A stretch of DNA of 63,960 bases, filler included, from Atractiella rhizophila (lineage: Eukaryota), in NCBI GenBank assembly GCA_021432655.1. It is 4 parts of 4 records of this genome, joined end to end, with 100 filler letters (N's around TTAATTAATTAA, not from the genome) between each part and the next. Parts side by side here need not be neighbours in the genome. Positions count along the whole stretch, not along the records: positions 1 to 17,857 come from MU271869.1; positions 17,958 to 35,650 come from MU271870.1; 2 more parts are not named here. One strand, 5' to 3'. Under the pieces are notes generated by a model. It made no database searches and was not told the DNA's origin. It saw nothing but the letters and a program-made list of their open reading frames with translations. The position numbers were made by a program, and so were the translations under genes. Below, piece by piece: positions 13,140-26,938 of this stretch (its first letter is position 1; the number at the start of each line of letters is the position of its first letter).

Positions 13140-13428
13140 AACTCAGACTTCTTTCGTTTTTTTCTTTCTTTTGGGTTCGAGACTGGCATCATGATTCGTC
13201 TTTCGATGTTTTGCAGAGACGTGAGATCTCGAGGTGGATAGGCGCACGCTGGTCGATGCCCCCTTTTAAACTTAGTGAATATTAGTCCAACTCACCATTC
13301 CTTTCTTCATTTGAAGTTGTCGTCTAGTATCACCACACAGTATACCCCCTGCAACTAGCAACCTTGTTGTTGCGCTTTCGTGTTAAAGAGATGGGTTTAC
13401 ATTTCACATTTAATAATGGGATGACCCT

Positions 13429-14846
13429 TCAATTCCTGGGAAATTTGTACAGTGGCCACGTATTGAACCAGTCCAACATGATCTGAGAAGCGACAATAGG
13501 CGAATTGGAAAGGGTAGCCCACTCGTGTCCCAATCCAGAGATGTTGTAAGCTTGGACGGCCGGAGGCGTTCCTTGCACCTTGCATCCGTTCCAGGAGTGG
13601 ATCTCCACCACACCGGAGTTGGTTGTCGTCTTCGAAAAGTTGGAGGAGCAACCAGCGCGGGAAGCGTATCCTATACACATTTTGACAAGGAGATTGACAT
13701 GCCAGTCAGTACAGATTGGTGCAAGATGTGCATAGAGAGAAGATGGGGATGGCAGAACGTACCTTGTACCACCGAAGTGATGGAAGGAAGGATGATGCCT
13801 GATTCGGGATGTGGTCCACCGTAATACGGTATCCTTGGATCTGCCGTGCCTGTTCTGCGCATGAGAAGACGTGGACGCAGATTGGTTGAACAAACCGTGA
13901 ATTTCTAGGAATGGGACTCCGGAAGCAGTAGCGCAATTCGCGGTCGCTCTGGTTGGATGTTGAGATGGTTCACATCGATTGTAAGGAAGATCTCACTCGT
14001 CGTAGAAGGCACCGGAAGAGGCAGCGAAGGCACCAAAGATCTTGTTGATCCTATTATCGCATGCGAGCTTGCCCACAAACCTATCAATAACACCATCTGT
14101 TAAGTCTTCTTCTGAGAAGGACTTGCAACTCACCCGCCTCCGTTGCTTTGACCCGAAGCGAAGATGTGGTTGGGTCCTATGATCCGATGAATTAGAACGT
14201 CCAATGTTTGGAGTCAGAACACCCACCAATGCACAGTTTGGACTGCAAGTACGAGGTGAGCTCGAGGATATAGCCGACATCATCGTTGGATGCATTACCA
14301 TAGGGAGCGGAGTCCCAAGCCTGAAATTTCATTCGTCAATTTTCAGCATACCAATGCAAGTAATAAACGCACATCGTCTCTCCCCTGCGTAGAGACCTCC
14401 ATTTAGCCTCTTAAAATCTTATCGTTAGAAAATCTCACGTGTGGGTATACGCTAATCTATAAGCAATAGTGGATGAAAATGTGAGTGGGAGGAGATGACA
14501 AGCACTCACCCATCTCGTACTCGTGGGGGCGTAATTGTTGAACTGAGCGACATTGAATTGATTCAACCCCGTTCCTCCCTGTCCATGGAAAGAGAAGACG
14601 AGCCCAGTTTGCTCCGTCTGCTTGTAATCAGGAGGAATCCAGACGCGATACGTCCTCGTTAGTCCCGCATGGTCGAAGTAGTGAACGGTATTGATGTCTT
14701 GATACGCAAATTCTGATGGCAGCGAGCCGGTGCAAAGTGCATGAACGGAGAAGGGTAGGAGGAGCGAGAGAGCGCTAGCGGTGAGGGCTGTTATATGCGC
14801 GCTATGATTTCGTTGAACCTGGAAAGCAAGCAAACTTACCAAACAT
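13429..14846 (-). CDS. Secreted carbohydrate esterase family 1 / feruloyl esterase C-like alpha/beta hydrolase, multi-exon
   Basis: Spliced signal peptide MFALTASALSLLLPFSVHA, then RTYRVWIPPDY, LVFSFHG, DDVGYI, GQSNGGG nucleophile elbow, LEIHG|TADPRIPY and GLGHEW. Confidence 0.85.
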
Positions 14847-16006
14847 ATTCTTTCCTAACGCGTTTGGGTAGATGCTTAGGACTTAGGGCTAAGTAAATAA
14901 CTGCCGTTGCGACACTTTTTATAACATGCCAAGCTCGGACAGCACCATATGCTTCCGTGGCACCAACGTATACCCAATGCTGAAGGACCAGTGCGTGCGG
15001 AGATGGCCCAACGTTGCATGCGGATGATCCGGCTTGAGCAACGACGCGTTGAGGATGACAGGAGCTCCACTTGCGACAACACATCAACCCTTTATTGCAC
15101 AAATCCTCGTTCGAGAATGAAACCGTCCTATGATCGATACGAGTACGGACGAACATTCGGCCACGAAGTGGCCAAGTGGAGAGGAGACGGCCATGAGCGT
15201 ACGGCAGACTAACCTGTAAGCAGTCATGCAGATATGCATCCTCCTTTCTTTGTACACGCGAGTTTCACTTCGGATTCGACACAAATCTTCCATCTCTTCA
15301 GAGTACCACAGGACTCTACAAAATGATTATGGGTTAATCTCCAGAGTCAGAATCTGTTCGGGTTGATAGTGATGGACGTAATAGTGAATTTGAGTAGGGT
15401 AGACAGCAAATATCGACAGAGTGAAAAATATCATGCACTAGATCCATCCTTGGAACTTGTTTTTCATGTATACCTGATTCTTGATTCAGGACGTTCTGGT
15501 ATTGGCATTGGTATTTCTTCCAAGCACGAGACAAGAACCTTGTATTCTACTCTGAACTGGCATCTTTATTAGCCTGAGATATTCAGTGGAACTGATATTG
15601 GACTAGTATTTAGAGATCGTTAAAGCAATGAATCATTGACATGCCAATCATGCACGCGAAAAATGAAGAATATCCCAATATACGCGAGCTAACTACCTGA
15701 CTCCTTTACGTATCTTGAATATTTCAATCCTCCCTGACCGGATACAAGCTGCCTTCCCTGTATCATGTCAGCCTATGCGCTTTGCTCGTGCTTTAGTGGC
15801 GAATAAAGTTAAGGTCAGTTCCAACTTACCACCTGACTTTGACGAAACGACGACTTGCTCATCATTTGAGGAGAGCACACAACAAGAAAATTTTCTGAGA
15901 GCTTTGTGTACTCTGATTGATTACGTTTGGTGGAGAAGATTGATCTGAACTTTTCTGTCTTTTTCTGGGAGCCAAATTCTTTTTTTTCTTGATTCAGGAT
16001 TGTCGA

Positions 16007-17857
16007 ATGATGGAGAAGCGGAAAAGAGAGCCTTCCCGTCTCGCGCGCGAGATCGCTGAAGCTCAAGCTGAGGCCAAAAGAGGAGCGAGGTCAGTCCAGC
16101 CTGAGAAGAAGCGGAAGGTCTCTAGACAGACCTCGAAAGCGGCCAAACCGAAGCCGAAATCAAGGTCCAAGTCAGCAACGAGACAGGCGGACGAGTCGAA
16201 TGGATTGGAGTTTGTCGAGAGCAAGGGAGGCTATGATGCCAATGGGACATGGCTGTATTGTATCTGTCTTGGGGAGGAAGATGCCTCTCGGGCAATGATA
16301 CAGTGTGACAGTTGTTTATTGTGGTGGGCATCTCTTTCGGAACTGAACGATGGCGGACTCACAAATTGTACAGGCATCATTTGTCTTGTGTCGGGTTTAC
16401 AGAGGAGGAGGCGAGACAAATTGATGATTGGTACTGTGACAAATGCATCGAATCTGGCGCTAAACCAGTCCCAGAAAGTGAGTTCGTCTCTGTTGTGCGT
16501 GGGAAAGGAGGGAGACAGTTTGAGCTGCCAACTTGCTACCTTGTCACCTGTCTGTACAATCTGAGCCTGTGAGAGCGTGACCTATTGCTATTGCTGCATG
16601 TGAGGACTGTGAGATTTCGAGTGTCATTCAGTTGTGACGACTGCGCCAGCAACACAACCAAGCCATGCAACGTCAGGCGAGTTCACCTCCATCAACTACA
16701 GGCAATGAGGACTAGATCAGGACGGGCAGCAGACAGGGCAGCAAGTACGGCAGCTTGAACGAGGGTGTGGCAGTCGAAGGAACTGCCACCTCCGTTCTGT
16801 CCCAAACGACATGAATAGCTCTGATGTCGCTTGCGTGGGAACAGGTGACAAACGACAGGGAGAAGATGAGCAATGGATTGGACCCTCTCCCATAAGCAAG
16901 GAGTCGAGCGATTTGTCGGATGTGGATTACGACGAAGGAATCGTGGCTCCTGCTTCAACCGCAAACCAAGACAGAACACCTAGCGCTGCACGGAGAAGCG
17001 CGACATCGACTGGGAGACGAAAGAGAAAGCCCGAAGGATTGGAAGATGATGATGATGACGACGACGACGAGGATTTCGAGGACGGCGATGCAACGGTAGG
17101 GCAGAAGAGGAAGAGGAGCCATTCAGGGCAGCTTGAGAAAGTCCGTTTTTCATCCACTCAGGTCCGAAAAGTCATACTAAACGATATTGTCTATTTGCAG
17201 AAGCGAAGAGCGTCTGAAGATGTTCCCGCAAGAAAACCTAGCATTTCTCAAACCGCTGGAGCTGTCGGTCTGGTGGAAGAAACGAATAAAGCCAGGGTTC
17301 ACGTTTTAAACGAGTTCAAGAAGCTATTGTTGCCTCTCCTTCCGGACGAATTGAAAGCTGAAGACTTTGCTCGTCATTTAGAGACCCAAATTCTCATTTC
17401 GCTCGGGGAGGTCAGCAAGGGTCTGAAAGCGCCTGGTGGTGCATATAAAAATCGATTTTCGCTCCTCAAGAAGCATCTTGAGACCAACGACGATTTCACG
17501 TCGCGCATCACATCTGGGGAGTTAGATCCTACGACTCTGGCTAACATGCCTGCTGAAGAGATGGACCCTGCACTGAGAGCTTACAAAGAGAAGTTGTATG
17601 AGCAGTCTCTCAAAGTTACTGTGAAAGAAGCGTTGGCGCAGCCAAAGGTGAAGAGAACGCATAAGGGAGAGGAATTGCTCGAGGACTCTTTCCAAGCTGG
17701 TCCTTCATCCATTCCCACGTCCACCGTCCCGTCGAACGATGTTGAACTGGCTATCGAGGCTCCGCCGTCACCTGGTACTCTTCAAAGTCCTCTACTTGGA
17801 ACAGAGGAGGCGCAAGATACTGCTCCTCAACTCTTTCGACGAGGAACATCCTCTTTC
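16007..17857 (+). CDS. BYE1: BYE1-like transcription factor (PHD finger + TFIIS central domain), 3' end cut by the linker
   Basis: YCIC...MIQCDSC..W|HHLSCVG...WYCDKC PHD finger, and YKNRFSLLKKHL...ITSGELDPTTLANMPAEEM...KRTHKGEE. Confidence 0.75.
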
Positions 17858-17957
17858 NNNNNNNNNNNNNNNNNNNNNNNNNNNNNNNNNNNNNNNNNNN
17901 NTTAATTAATTAANNNNNNNNNNNNNNNNNNNNNNNNNNNNNNNNNNNNNNNNNNNN
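17858..17957. other. Artificial contig linker (N44-TTAATTAATTAA-N44)
   Basis: Six-frame stop linker within 100 bp of Ns; identical structure at three places. Confidence 0.97.
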
Positions 17958-18534
17958 GTGTCGATATGGTCGTCATATTCTTCTGGCATTTCATTCATCA
18001 ACCCTGTTATCGCGCTCCCAGCCCACCATGGGGCACCTGGTGCCGCGTTGAAACGAGATCCGACCCAACGTACAGCTTCGTAGTGTCCTACGTGTAACCT
18101 CCAACGGATTCGATAGAAATGCGGATCCTCTGGGATAACCAAGTTGCCGAAGAAGTGGCATTGTGCAGCACAGTTAACGTCTAAGAGGTCGTGCAGTGCG
18201 TCAACCTCCGCTGCAGTGTAAAATTCTGGGAAGGAGGCTGCGAGCACTATTTTGCGCACTCTTCTGTAACCGAGGATAGGCTCCATTCCTTTAAAACGGT
18301 GAGCAAGTGGTTAAGAGGATAAAAAACTGACTCTGGATCGAGTGGTGTCCATTCGCAACTAGCCGCTGCCTCGATTGCTTCTAGGAGCGAGATAAGAGCT
18401 TGCACAGACTGTAAATTGTCTCTTACCTTCTTCTGCCTCCCGTCAACTCTCTTGAGAACGCTTTGTTGCAATGGGTCAGGTGAGCTCATGTTGTCCATGA
18501 AGTGTTTGAGCAACCGTCCTCTCCATCCACCCAC
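17958..18534 (-). CDS. Cassette gene A copy 1 (unknown family; WVGSR...PWWAG...EMP), 3' end cut by the linker; 5' limit approximate
   Basis: VRKIVLAASFPEFY...EAVRWVGSR...PWWAG...EMPEEY matches the ORFs at 23512-23916 and 47576-48088. Confidence 0.6.
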
Positions 18535-18657
18535 TATATAATGACACGATTAACTCCAATCGGAGAAGCCAGCAGTGATAAGGCAATGCTGGCAAACTTC
18601 TTTGCATGCTTCCTTCTTGTTGAGACGATCGTGAGCAACATTTGAAGAATGCAACGA

Positions 18658-18664
18658 TGACTCA
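18658..18664. promoter_or_regulatory. AP-1/Gcn4-type TGACTCA site upstream of gene A copy 1
   Basis: AATGC-N4/5-TGA(C/G)TCA occurs at the equivalent position in all three A copies (also 24242-24248 and 48376-48382). Confidence 0.4.
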
Positions 18665-19412
18665 TTTTGATGCTGTTCAATGTCAGCTCTTCAACTTGAC
18701 CTTATAAAGAACGTGGAGGCACTCATGGATTCCGTAGCTTACATGCCGCTTTATTTCGTCGTTTGAACACGTGTGAGAGTTCGGTTCACCTGGGAAAGAT
18801 ATCTCGATATGTCATCTGATGCAGATTCGGACACAAGTTTCGCTACTATATTAGTTTACAAGACATAGTCCTGGCCTAAATTTACATACTTTCAAATGCG
18901 AGCAGCTATAAAAGCCCAGAAAACAAAGTTCTGGTCCTAGTCCAACGCACCGGAGTAAGTCACTGAGTCGCGCGGTGATCACCAAAACTCATCAACCAAC
19001 CGCTCTCCCAAGCTCACTCAGAGCTCTCCTTTCAACGCTCTTTGATCGCATCCTTTCTTTGCCCAACCCTCCCTCCACTGCAGAGCTCAAGCTGTCTCCT
19101 ACCCAAATCCCCTAGAGGTGGGGTGAGCCTTTCGTCTTGCTTACCACCTCATTTGGGGTCCTTTCAAAGCTCACAAGCTCTCGTTGGCTCGCAGAACCCT
19201 CGCAAGCCAAACCTCAACGCGTGAGCCTAGAAACCAAACACAACCACGGAGCAGTTTGAGCACCTGAGTGCCCGAAGTGTTGGCATAAAAGACAAAATGC
19301 GTTCGAATTTCATATAGACCCCGACTCAGACCTTCGAACGCACGTCCAGTCAGAGCGATACCAGAACTGGATCAGCGTGCTTGGAAAGAGAAAACGCGAA
19401 AACGACACAGTT

Positions 19413-20240
19413 CTAACCCCAACGTCCCAAACCCGGGAAAACACGAATGTTATTTTGAACGATTGTTCTTCCTGTGATGGGCTCAGTACTCAAGCGATTT
19501 AGAACGTAGAAGACAATCTCACTGTGAAAATCACTCCGAGGTCTTTCTGGACCATAAATGGGTTCCACCCCTTCTCTGAAACCATATTTGTTCCCAGTAG
19601 AAGGTTGTTCGTCTTGTTGTCGCAGAAGTTTCTGTCTCGCCGCCCTTCTCAACTGCCGATCATACCCACTACCTTCTGGTCTTGGAAAAGTAGACGCTGT
19701 CCATGGGTATAATGGAGCATCGCATTGCTCGTAGTGCGGGTGCTGATTGGGGTCATGGATAACACCATCTTCCCCGACGATCAATGGCTTTTTGGCGACC
19801 CTGAAAGTGTTGTTTCAATCATCACCTTTTGAAGCAAAGAAAACACAAACCAGCGTTTGCACTTGGTAATCCTGCTGGCGTAGAGCGGATGCAAATCAAT
19901 CCACGGCATTTCAATATTCAATACTACGTCGTGAAAAAGTTTTGTCTGGGAATGTTGACCCTTGCAGGTGTTGCTAACTCTGGTGTGAGGAGCATACTGG
20001 CAAGCTGGCTTTATGTCAGTTCCGCCAACCGCTAGCCTTTGTCGCCTAGAGCAGTCAAACAAACCCGCCCAAGCTTTCAAGTGGAATGTGTCCCAGATCC
20101 CTTTGTCTTAAGTCTTGTAACCTTGTTAACAGTTGGATAGAGTTCTTGAGAGCTATTCCTCTTGTCTTCAAGTTCCTTGTAACGTTGTTCCGCGCCCATT
20201 CATCTGGTTGATCTCCAGCCCTTTGTATACGACCATTGTC
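19413..20240 (-). CDS. Cassette gene B copy 1 (unknown family), spliced; 5' part frameshifted or uncertain
   Basis: MPWIDLHPLYA, HDPNQHPHY, LYPWTASTFPRP, NKYGFREG.EP.YGPE.PRS, an intron, then IVQNNIRVFPGLGRWG*. The same motifs occur in two other copies. Confidence 0.6.
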
Positions 20241-20329
20241 TGTTTTTTTTCACCACATATCGGTCTGCTGCGTTCTCCTGGTTTGGTACAGGTTGATACT
20301 GTCAAATAAATTGGCAACCTAACCGATGG

Positions 20330-22330
20330 ACACATTGATGCAGAGTGGTGAACCTGTGACAAATTGTCCTTCCGGCTATGTCTATCATTCCTTTTGCCAA
20401 TAAACCCCAGCGAGCAAAACATCTAATTCTCCTGCACATGACGATTTAGAGGAATCCTGTTCGGCACGTTTCGGGATTCTCACGCGAGCTCTTGAGGGAC
20501 GAATCGGTTGCTGTTGATGAGAGAACCGTAGAAGCAGCTTTCAACCTGCGACTACAAGGTTGCTGTCCAAACGGTGCTCTCAACGATAATCAATAGCTCA
20601 TAAAAGTTCAAAATCGTGGAAAAGGGAATTCGTCCTAATGAAAGAGGTGTTCCCAAGCGGTTTCTCGAGTCAGCATCCTCAGAATGGAGATAGTTTCTGC
20701 ACTTCCACCCTCGACGCTTTCCCAGACGACAGTTCGTAAGGTAGGAAGTGATACCTCAAATATCGGGACAAAGTCAGGTCCGACTCCCAATCATATATCG
20801 TCAGTACTTGAAGTCTGAAATGCGGTTTGTGAAGGTAATGATATGAACCATTGGAGAGTTCCTTGCAAAATTTGCGTCCAAATGTTGCGTGACGAAGCTC
20901 GAGCTCCTGAAGAGAATTAAATTCCGCAAGATAACGTAGTGTGATGGAAAGTATAAGCCGATCAGCGTTTGGCGCACCGTGAAGCCTTAAGCTTAACACA
21001 CGACTACAGAAACTGAAAGAATGCATCATCATATACAAGAGGGGTTGGTACGTCAAACCTGAATATTGTTGTAGATATTAGCCTGCTCAGCGCAGAAGTG
21101 AAAAGACACACCCTGCAGATAAATCGACTCGATGCTCTCACTTTCGCGCAATATCCCGCACAAGCTTTCTAGTCCGCCATGGAGTCCGCTCTCCAAATCA
21201 TATGTAATATTTCTCACCAAACCTCGAAGATGACGGTTTTGCTTGATGGTTCGCAAAAATAAGATTTCATCAGTCTGGTCTTCCCACTGATACCAACCTT
21301 TAAGCCAAGGAGATTGATAGAGATGCCGTCTCCCAATGTCGACGAATCTTTTAGCGGATCGAAGGAAGGAAGCGAGCCCGTGTCGTCTGCCCAAATTATC
21401 GGCGGCTTTTGCATCGAAATCGGCGTCGAAGGGAAAAGGCAATGGCTTGAGGAAGAATAAAATCTCGTCCACTAGCTCGAGAGGCAGTCGACCAAACGCT
21501 GGCATCTCCTCAAAAACCACAGTTTTGACCTATGGACTTTGAACCTACAATCAAACGAATATAGGAAATTGTGTACCATGACTACGGGAACACGGAGGTT
21601 CTGTCCCCTAAGAACCGTCCAGTTCAATTATCCCTTTCGGCAGCCTTAATGAATCTACAGACCTTTTCTTCCTCCTTTTGGCCAGTCTTTTTCTTTCCTT
21701 GGCATCCAAGGTCTCGTCAAGCTCAGGTGGTAGGGAAAAAGCCGAATAAAATCTTGTTCGACTTGGAGGTCCTAGTTTGATGATCTCGTTCAATTTTGGG
21801 TCCCATTCGTAGAAATTTCCATCATACAGAAAGGAAACAATACCATACTCTGCATACCCCCCCACATAGGGAGCTATAGCCCTGTCATCGTACCATGCAT
21901 ACGGAATCGTGCGCGGTACTGTGTCAGGTAGGGGGAGATTGAAGGTCTGACGGAGACGAGAAAAAATCGAATATCTTCCCCAAGGATGCCAAATAGCTGG
22001 ACCGCTTGGTGTTGGAGATTCGTTACAATTGAGAGGCAGAAGTCTCCTCTGAAAGATGGGATATGATCCAGATCGTAAAATCCTTGAGATCCATCCTATC
22101 CAAGGAATACTTCCTGCCTCAGGGAAGGATGGTTCAGCGCGAAGCGCAGGGCAGAGATCGCCCGGTGTTCCTGGTTTTGCTCCACAGTTTGGACAATACT
22201 CGAAAGGGTCTAGATTCCCTTCATTTTCTTCCTCCATAGGTTCGTTTTCTTCATCCGTCAGAGGTTTAGTAAGACACTCTCTCCATTTCATCCATTCGGC
22301 ATCGAGGTCGATTCGTGAAAGTTGTTCCAT
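20330..22330 (-). CDS. Cassette F-box gene copy 1: CxxC/SUKH-like N-terminal domain spliced to an F-box and LRR-like region; frameshift near 20790; 3' limit approximate
   Basis: ORF 21608-22330 splices via a 31-nt microexon (R-GQNLRVPVVM) in frame to FGRLPLELVDEIL. It has a 1-nt indel relative to copy 3 after YD. Confidence 0.65.
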
Positions 22331-23511
22331 TTTCTCCGAAAAACGAGTCTCAAGATACAGTAAGATGGAACCTGGATGGAAGTTGTGTGAAGACGTTGAA
22401 AGTCTGAACTGAGCCTAAAATGCCGAAGCCAGAACCCGCATTTCAAATGAACACTCAACAGAGCGAGAGCGAAGGATGTCCGACTCGCAAGCATGCTGCT
22501 CTTTGCTCTCCCTCCTTGCTCCCTCTTCAGATCGTTCTCAGCTACCACTCGCAGGACAGCGTCGCAACCGGTCGAAGAGAACGCAGGAGACATACAATCC
22601 ACTCCTGCCCATGTACCAAAGCTGCAATCTTGTTGATGTTAAAGGTTAGCAATAGAGGCTGCACATAGGATCTGTGCGAGCTATAAAAGCGATATACACT
22701 GTGCGACGGTGCGTACCTTGACTGCTTGGTGATAAAGGAGCAGTGCTGCTGTGTAGTATGGCTCTGTTTCAAACTACCCATTAAGAAGCCGGAAGAGCTG
22801 CACTCCCGTCTTGCTGTCCGCACTTTTAGCAGCATGACATTGCGAAGGAACATTTGCGTTGTACCTGCATTAGCCTTGATGTAGGCACTTTTCGCTGACC
22901 TGCCCAAGTTGACCAATGGCGTTCGGTGAGTGGACTAATGAGCTAGTAATGGTATTCCTCATTTGAGCTCTGACCCATATCATCCTCGAATCGTTTAAAA
23001 CAATGTTGTCCTCATTTGCGGTGTCAGTTTATTTAATATTATTGAATATGACCTTTATTTCTGTCTAGATGTTGGTTGCAAATGTTGTCTCATTGTTTAG
23101 CTTAGTTGTCCCAATTTTTGATGAGAATGGGTGGCGATCGGGAAAAATTTTGGTGCTTTCTCTTTCGTGACTGCTGTCGAGTCGTCTTTCTTTCGAAAAT
23201 TTAGTATTTTATGCGATGCGGAATCGACGCTCACTTTCAACGTTACTAGATGGAAAATTAGATATCTGCTTCTGCTTCAACCTATCCATTTCTTCTAGCT
23301 AATTGATGATTAGCTATCATCCGCTGGGAGCCAGAAAGCCGCGTGGTTGACTAACTCACTTTCTTACGAGTGCATTGGCTCCCACATTCTGACATGGTCC
23401 GGTCTAAACCTGATCGTTTTCGAATAATTGTACAAAAATGGAAGGAAGGTGATCTGACGGGCATGAAGTGGTGAGATGCTAATTGTGATTAAACTTCAAT
23501 TTCAGTTTCGA

Positions 23512-24200
23512 TTATAAAGCCGCTTTAGCATAGACTCCCGTAGAGACATTTATAGCAAGATGTATTTCAGAACACACTGCCGAATGCGGTCCATATTTCT
23601 CCGGCATTTCGTTTAGAATGGAATTGATGACTCCTCCTGCCCACCAAGGCGAAACTTGCAATAGGTCTTTCGGACGTGACCCGATCCAGCGAATGGCTTC
23701 ATGGTGGCCTGCCCTTAGCTTCCAGACGATGCGGTGTAGGTGAGGATGATTTGGCAAGACCATGTTTCCTAGGAGACGGCATCGCGCTTTCACGTCTTCG
23801 TCAAGTTGATCACTTAAAAAGTCTAGTTCTTCTGCAGCGTAGAAACTAGGAAATACCGCCGCGAGAAGGATTTCTCGCACAAGTTTGGATCCAAGAGCTT
23901 GAGGACCTTGGACCACAATGTTATGCTAATCTGGAGGAGGAAAAAAAAGATAGCAGCATACGTGACCTGATCACCTGTTCAGAATCTCCATATTCGTCCA
24001 GTACATTATTGGCCAATGCCTATCAATTTTCAATAAATGCAATGATGTGTATGTATGTTACCTTTTTGTTAACCTTTGTTTCATGAGACATCGTTGTAGA
24101 TCCGTAGAAAGCTTTCCGATCACCCTCCCCTTTTCGCGCTTTAATACACCGAATCCGTTATGGACAGCTACTCCATCCCATCTTGTAGGATGCACATTCA
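23512..24200 (-). CDS. Cassette gene A copy 2; 5' limit approximate
   Basis: VREILLAAVFPSFY...EAIRWIGSR...PWWAGG...EMPEKY. Confidence 0.6.
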
Positions 24201-24493
24201 TCACGTGGTCTGCTGTTCTTCACATTCACAAAATGCAAGCGTGACTCACGTTAGATCCTCGATATTGTGAACTTTGTTATAAGAAGCCAGGAAGCAACTT
24301 GAACGAGTCCCGTCTAGCAACAACATCGCATGTGCTAGACAATAACTTACGATTTCTGAGTTCCAACGCACGCACCCTGTTGTGTCTTTTTGTGTCAATA
24401 AGTAATTTTACTTTTCAAGGAATTGAGCTCAATTTGAACAAGATGTTTACATTATTCGGAAAGTATAAAAGAAGAGTGGCAATGCGACGAAGT

Positions 24494-25400
24494 TCAACCC
24501 CAACGTCCTAACTTAGGGAATGCTCGAATATTGTTTTGAACGATGGTTCGTCCTGTCTTCTAATCAGATATTGCAGCCCACGGTTGAGAAATGCCTACTG
24601 TGTAAGTCGCTTCGAGGTTGTTCGGGGCCATAGACAGGTTCAGTGCCTTCCCTGAAGCCATATTTGTTCCCTCCCGATGGCTGTCGTACATGTTGATATT
24701 CATGTTTTTCCTGCGCCATCCCCCTTAGTTGTTCATCAAAAGCACTATTGGCTGGTCGTGGAAACGTTGAGGCTGTCCAAGGATACAATCGCGCGTCGCT
24801 TGGTTCGTAATGAGGGTGCTGATTGGGATCGTGTGCAGTGCCATCAGGCATTATTACCACTCGTTTACGAGCGACCCTGGGAGGAGCATCAATTCATTTC
24901 CCATAATATTGCTAACTACCGACCAGCGCTTAGATTTGGTGATTTTATTCGCATATAGCGGATGTAAATCAATCCACGGCATGTTTATTTGAATGTTCAG
25001 TGGCAGACTGAAGAGGAAATGAAGTCGTTCAAGGATGCTGACTGTTGTTCTTTTGCTAAAACTGGCTTTGACGAAGCCATGTACTGCTTTTATGCCAGTT
25101 ATTGCAAATGTCAACCTTTGTCTCCTAGAGCAGTACTAACAAACCCACTCAAGCATTTCGGCTCTGAGGCGATTCGTATGAATGGAGACCCAGATCCCTT
25201 TGTCTCAAACGCCTTGTTATTCTGTTGAACTCCCAGATAGAGTTCTTCGAAGCTCTCTTGTCTCCAACTGCTTTATAGCGTTGTTGCACACCCGCACATT
25301 GTTTCAGTCCCATTCCGGTTGTCGAGTCAATTTCATTTGCAATGGGACGTGCGTGGAAGACAGTTGGCTGAAGCAATGGAGAACCCCAGCTGTAAAGTAG
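24494..25400 (-). CDS. Cassette gene B copy 2 (possibly degenerate)
   Basis: MPWIDLHPLYA, HDPNQHPHY, LYPWTASTFPRP and IVQNNIRAFPKLGRWG*. Confidence 0.6.
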
Positions 25401-25419
25401 TACACGGGTGAGAAAATAA

Positions 25420-26938
25420 TTCTTACAACCCCTGTATATTCTTCCTTTCACCCATGGACTATAGCGAGCAGAAGATCTGGTCTTCCTTTATGTCTCCAGA
25501 TTTGGAGCATCCCCACTTGGCACGTTTGGCCCTCGCGAGGTAGTTTCTCCGAGGAAAGGAATCATTGCACCTTAAGGCGAGAGTAGCAAGTTCGCGTTGT
25601 GCGACTACATGGTTAACGTCCAACCATGGTCTCGACGCAGTGATAATGAATACTATCTATTGAAGTCAAGATTGTGAAAAGGGTCTTTCTCATAACAAGT
25701 GTTCCCACGGGGATTCTTGAGTCAACGTCCTCTCCTCAGAATCGAGGCAGTTTCACCATATTTACACATAACATCATTCTAGATAAGGGTTTGTAACGTA
25801 GGGAGTGATACCGTGACGAAGTCCTGGCCAACTTTGGAGTCATGTATCGCTTGTCCGGAATCCGGTTTGTGAAACCAATTAATCTAACGTGCTGGACACT
25901 CCCACAAGGAATGTGGATTCAAATTCGGCCCGACGAAGCCCCAGCTCGCGAAGGGAATTGAACTGGGCAAGATAGCGAAGGATGAAGAACCGACCAGCCT
26001 TGGGAGCACCGTGAAGCTTCAAACAAGAGATACGTGGGTAAATCGTCATGAAATCCATAATAAAAGCAGGCGTTCGAATTTAGACCTGAATATTTGAAAA
26101 ATCAGATTGCTCAGACCAGACATGAATACAGGGGCTTTAACTTGCAGGAAAAGCGACTCAATATTCTCACTTTCGTCCATTATCTTGGACAAGCTTTCTA
26201 GGCCGCCTCCCAGTCCGATTTCCAAAGCATATGTAAACTTCTTCACCAAATCTCGCAGATGATGGTTCTGCTCGATAGTTCATAGAAATAAGATTTGTCA
26301 GTCTAATATTCCCATTTGATACCATTTTCTCAAACAAGGGGACTGATACAGGTGTCGTCTCTCGATATCGGCGAACTTCTTGGTGGATCGTAAAAGGAAG
26401 CGAGCCATGTCGTCTGGCCAAACTATGGGCAGCTTTCGCATTGAAGTCGGAGTCGAAAGGAAATGGTAATGGTTTGAGGAAGACAAATGTCATGGACAAG
26501 TTCCAAGGGCAGTGGGGAAAAAGCTTGGATCTCGTCCGGAACCATCGCCTTGACCTATCCCATAACGATGAGTTCTCATTTCAAGTGAAATAGATTGGCG
26601 TACCATCACCATCGGGGCACGAAGACTGGGATGCGTAAAAGTTTCAGTTCAATATTACTCTTTATATACTCGACTCAACTATCTTCCCTGACTTTTCCCT
26701 ATCATTTTCCTTCCCTACGATTAAGATGTAAAAGTCTGATCACGCTCGGGCGATTGTTGGGTCCCACTCGTAGAACGTATCCTCATATAGAAAGCAGGCG
26801 ACACCATAGATCACATAGATTCCTCGAAAGGATCTATAGCGTCGCCATCGTACCAAATAGGGAATTGTGCGAGGTACGGTGTCAGGGAGGGGGAGATTGA
26901 ATGTCTAGAAGTCGAGAAGAAATTGAATATCTTCCCCA
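25420..26938 (-). pseudogene. Cassette F-box gene copy 2, frameshifted and 5'-truncated
   Basis: FLKPLPFPFDSDF, RRHLYQSP and FTYALEIGLGGGLESL are split across frames. Homology to the N-terminal domain stops abruptly at about 26938. Confidence 0.75.

Noticed and set aside
17902..17913. TTAATTAATTAA palindrome recurring at ~17.8-kb periodicity
   Set aside because: It is an artificial six-frame stop linker.
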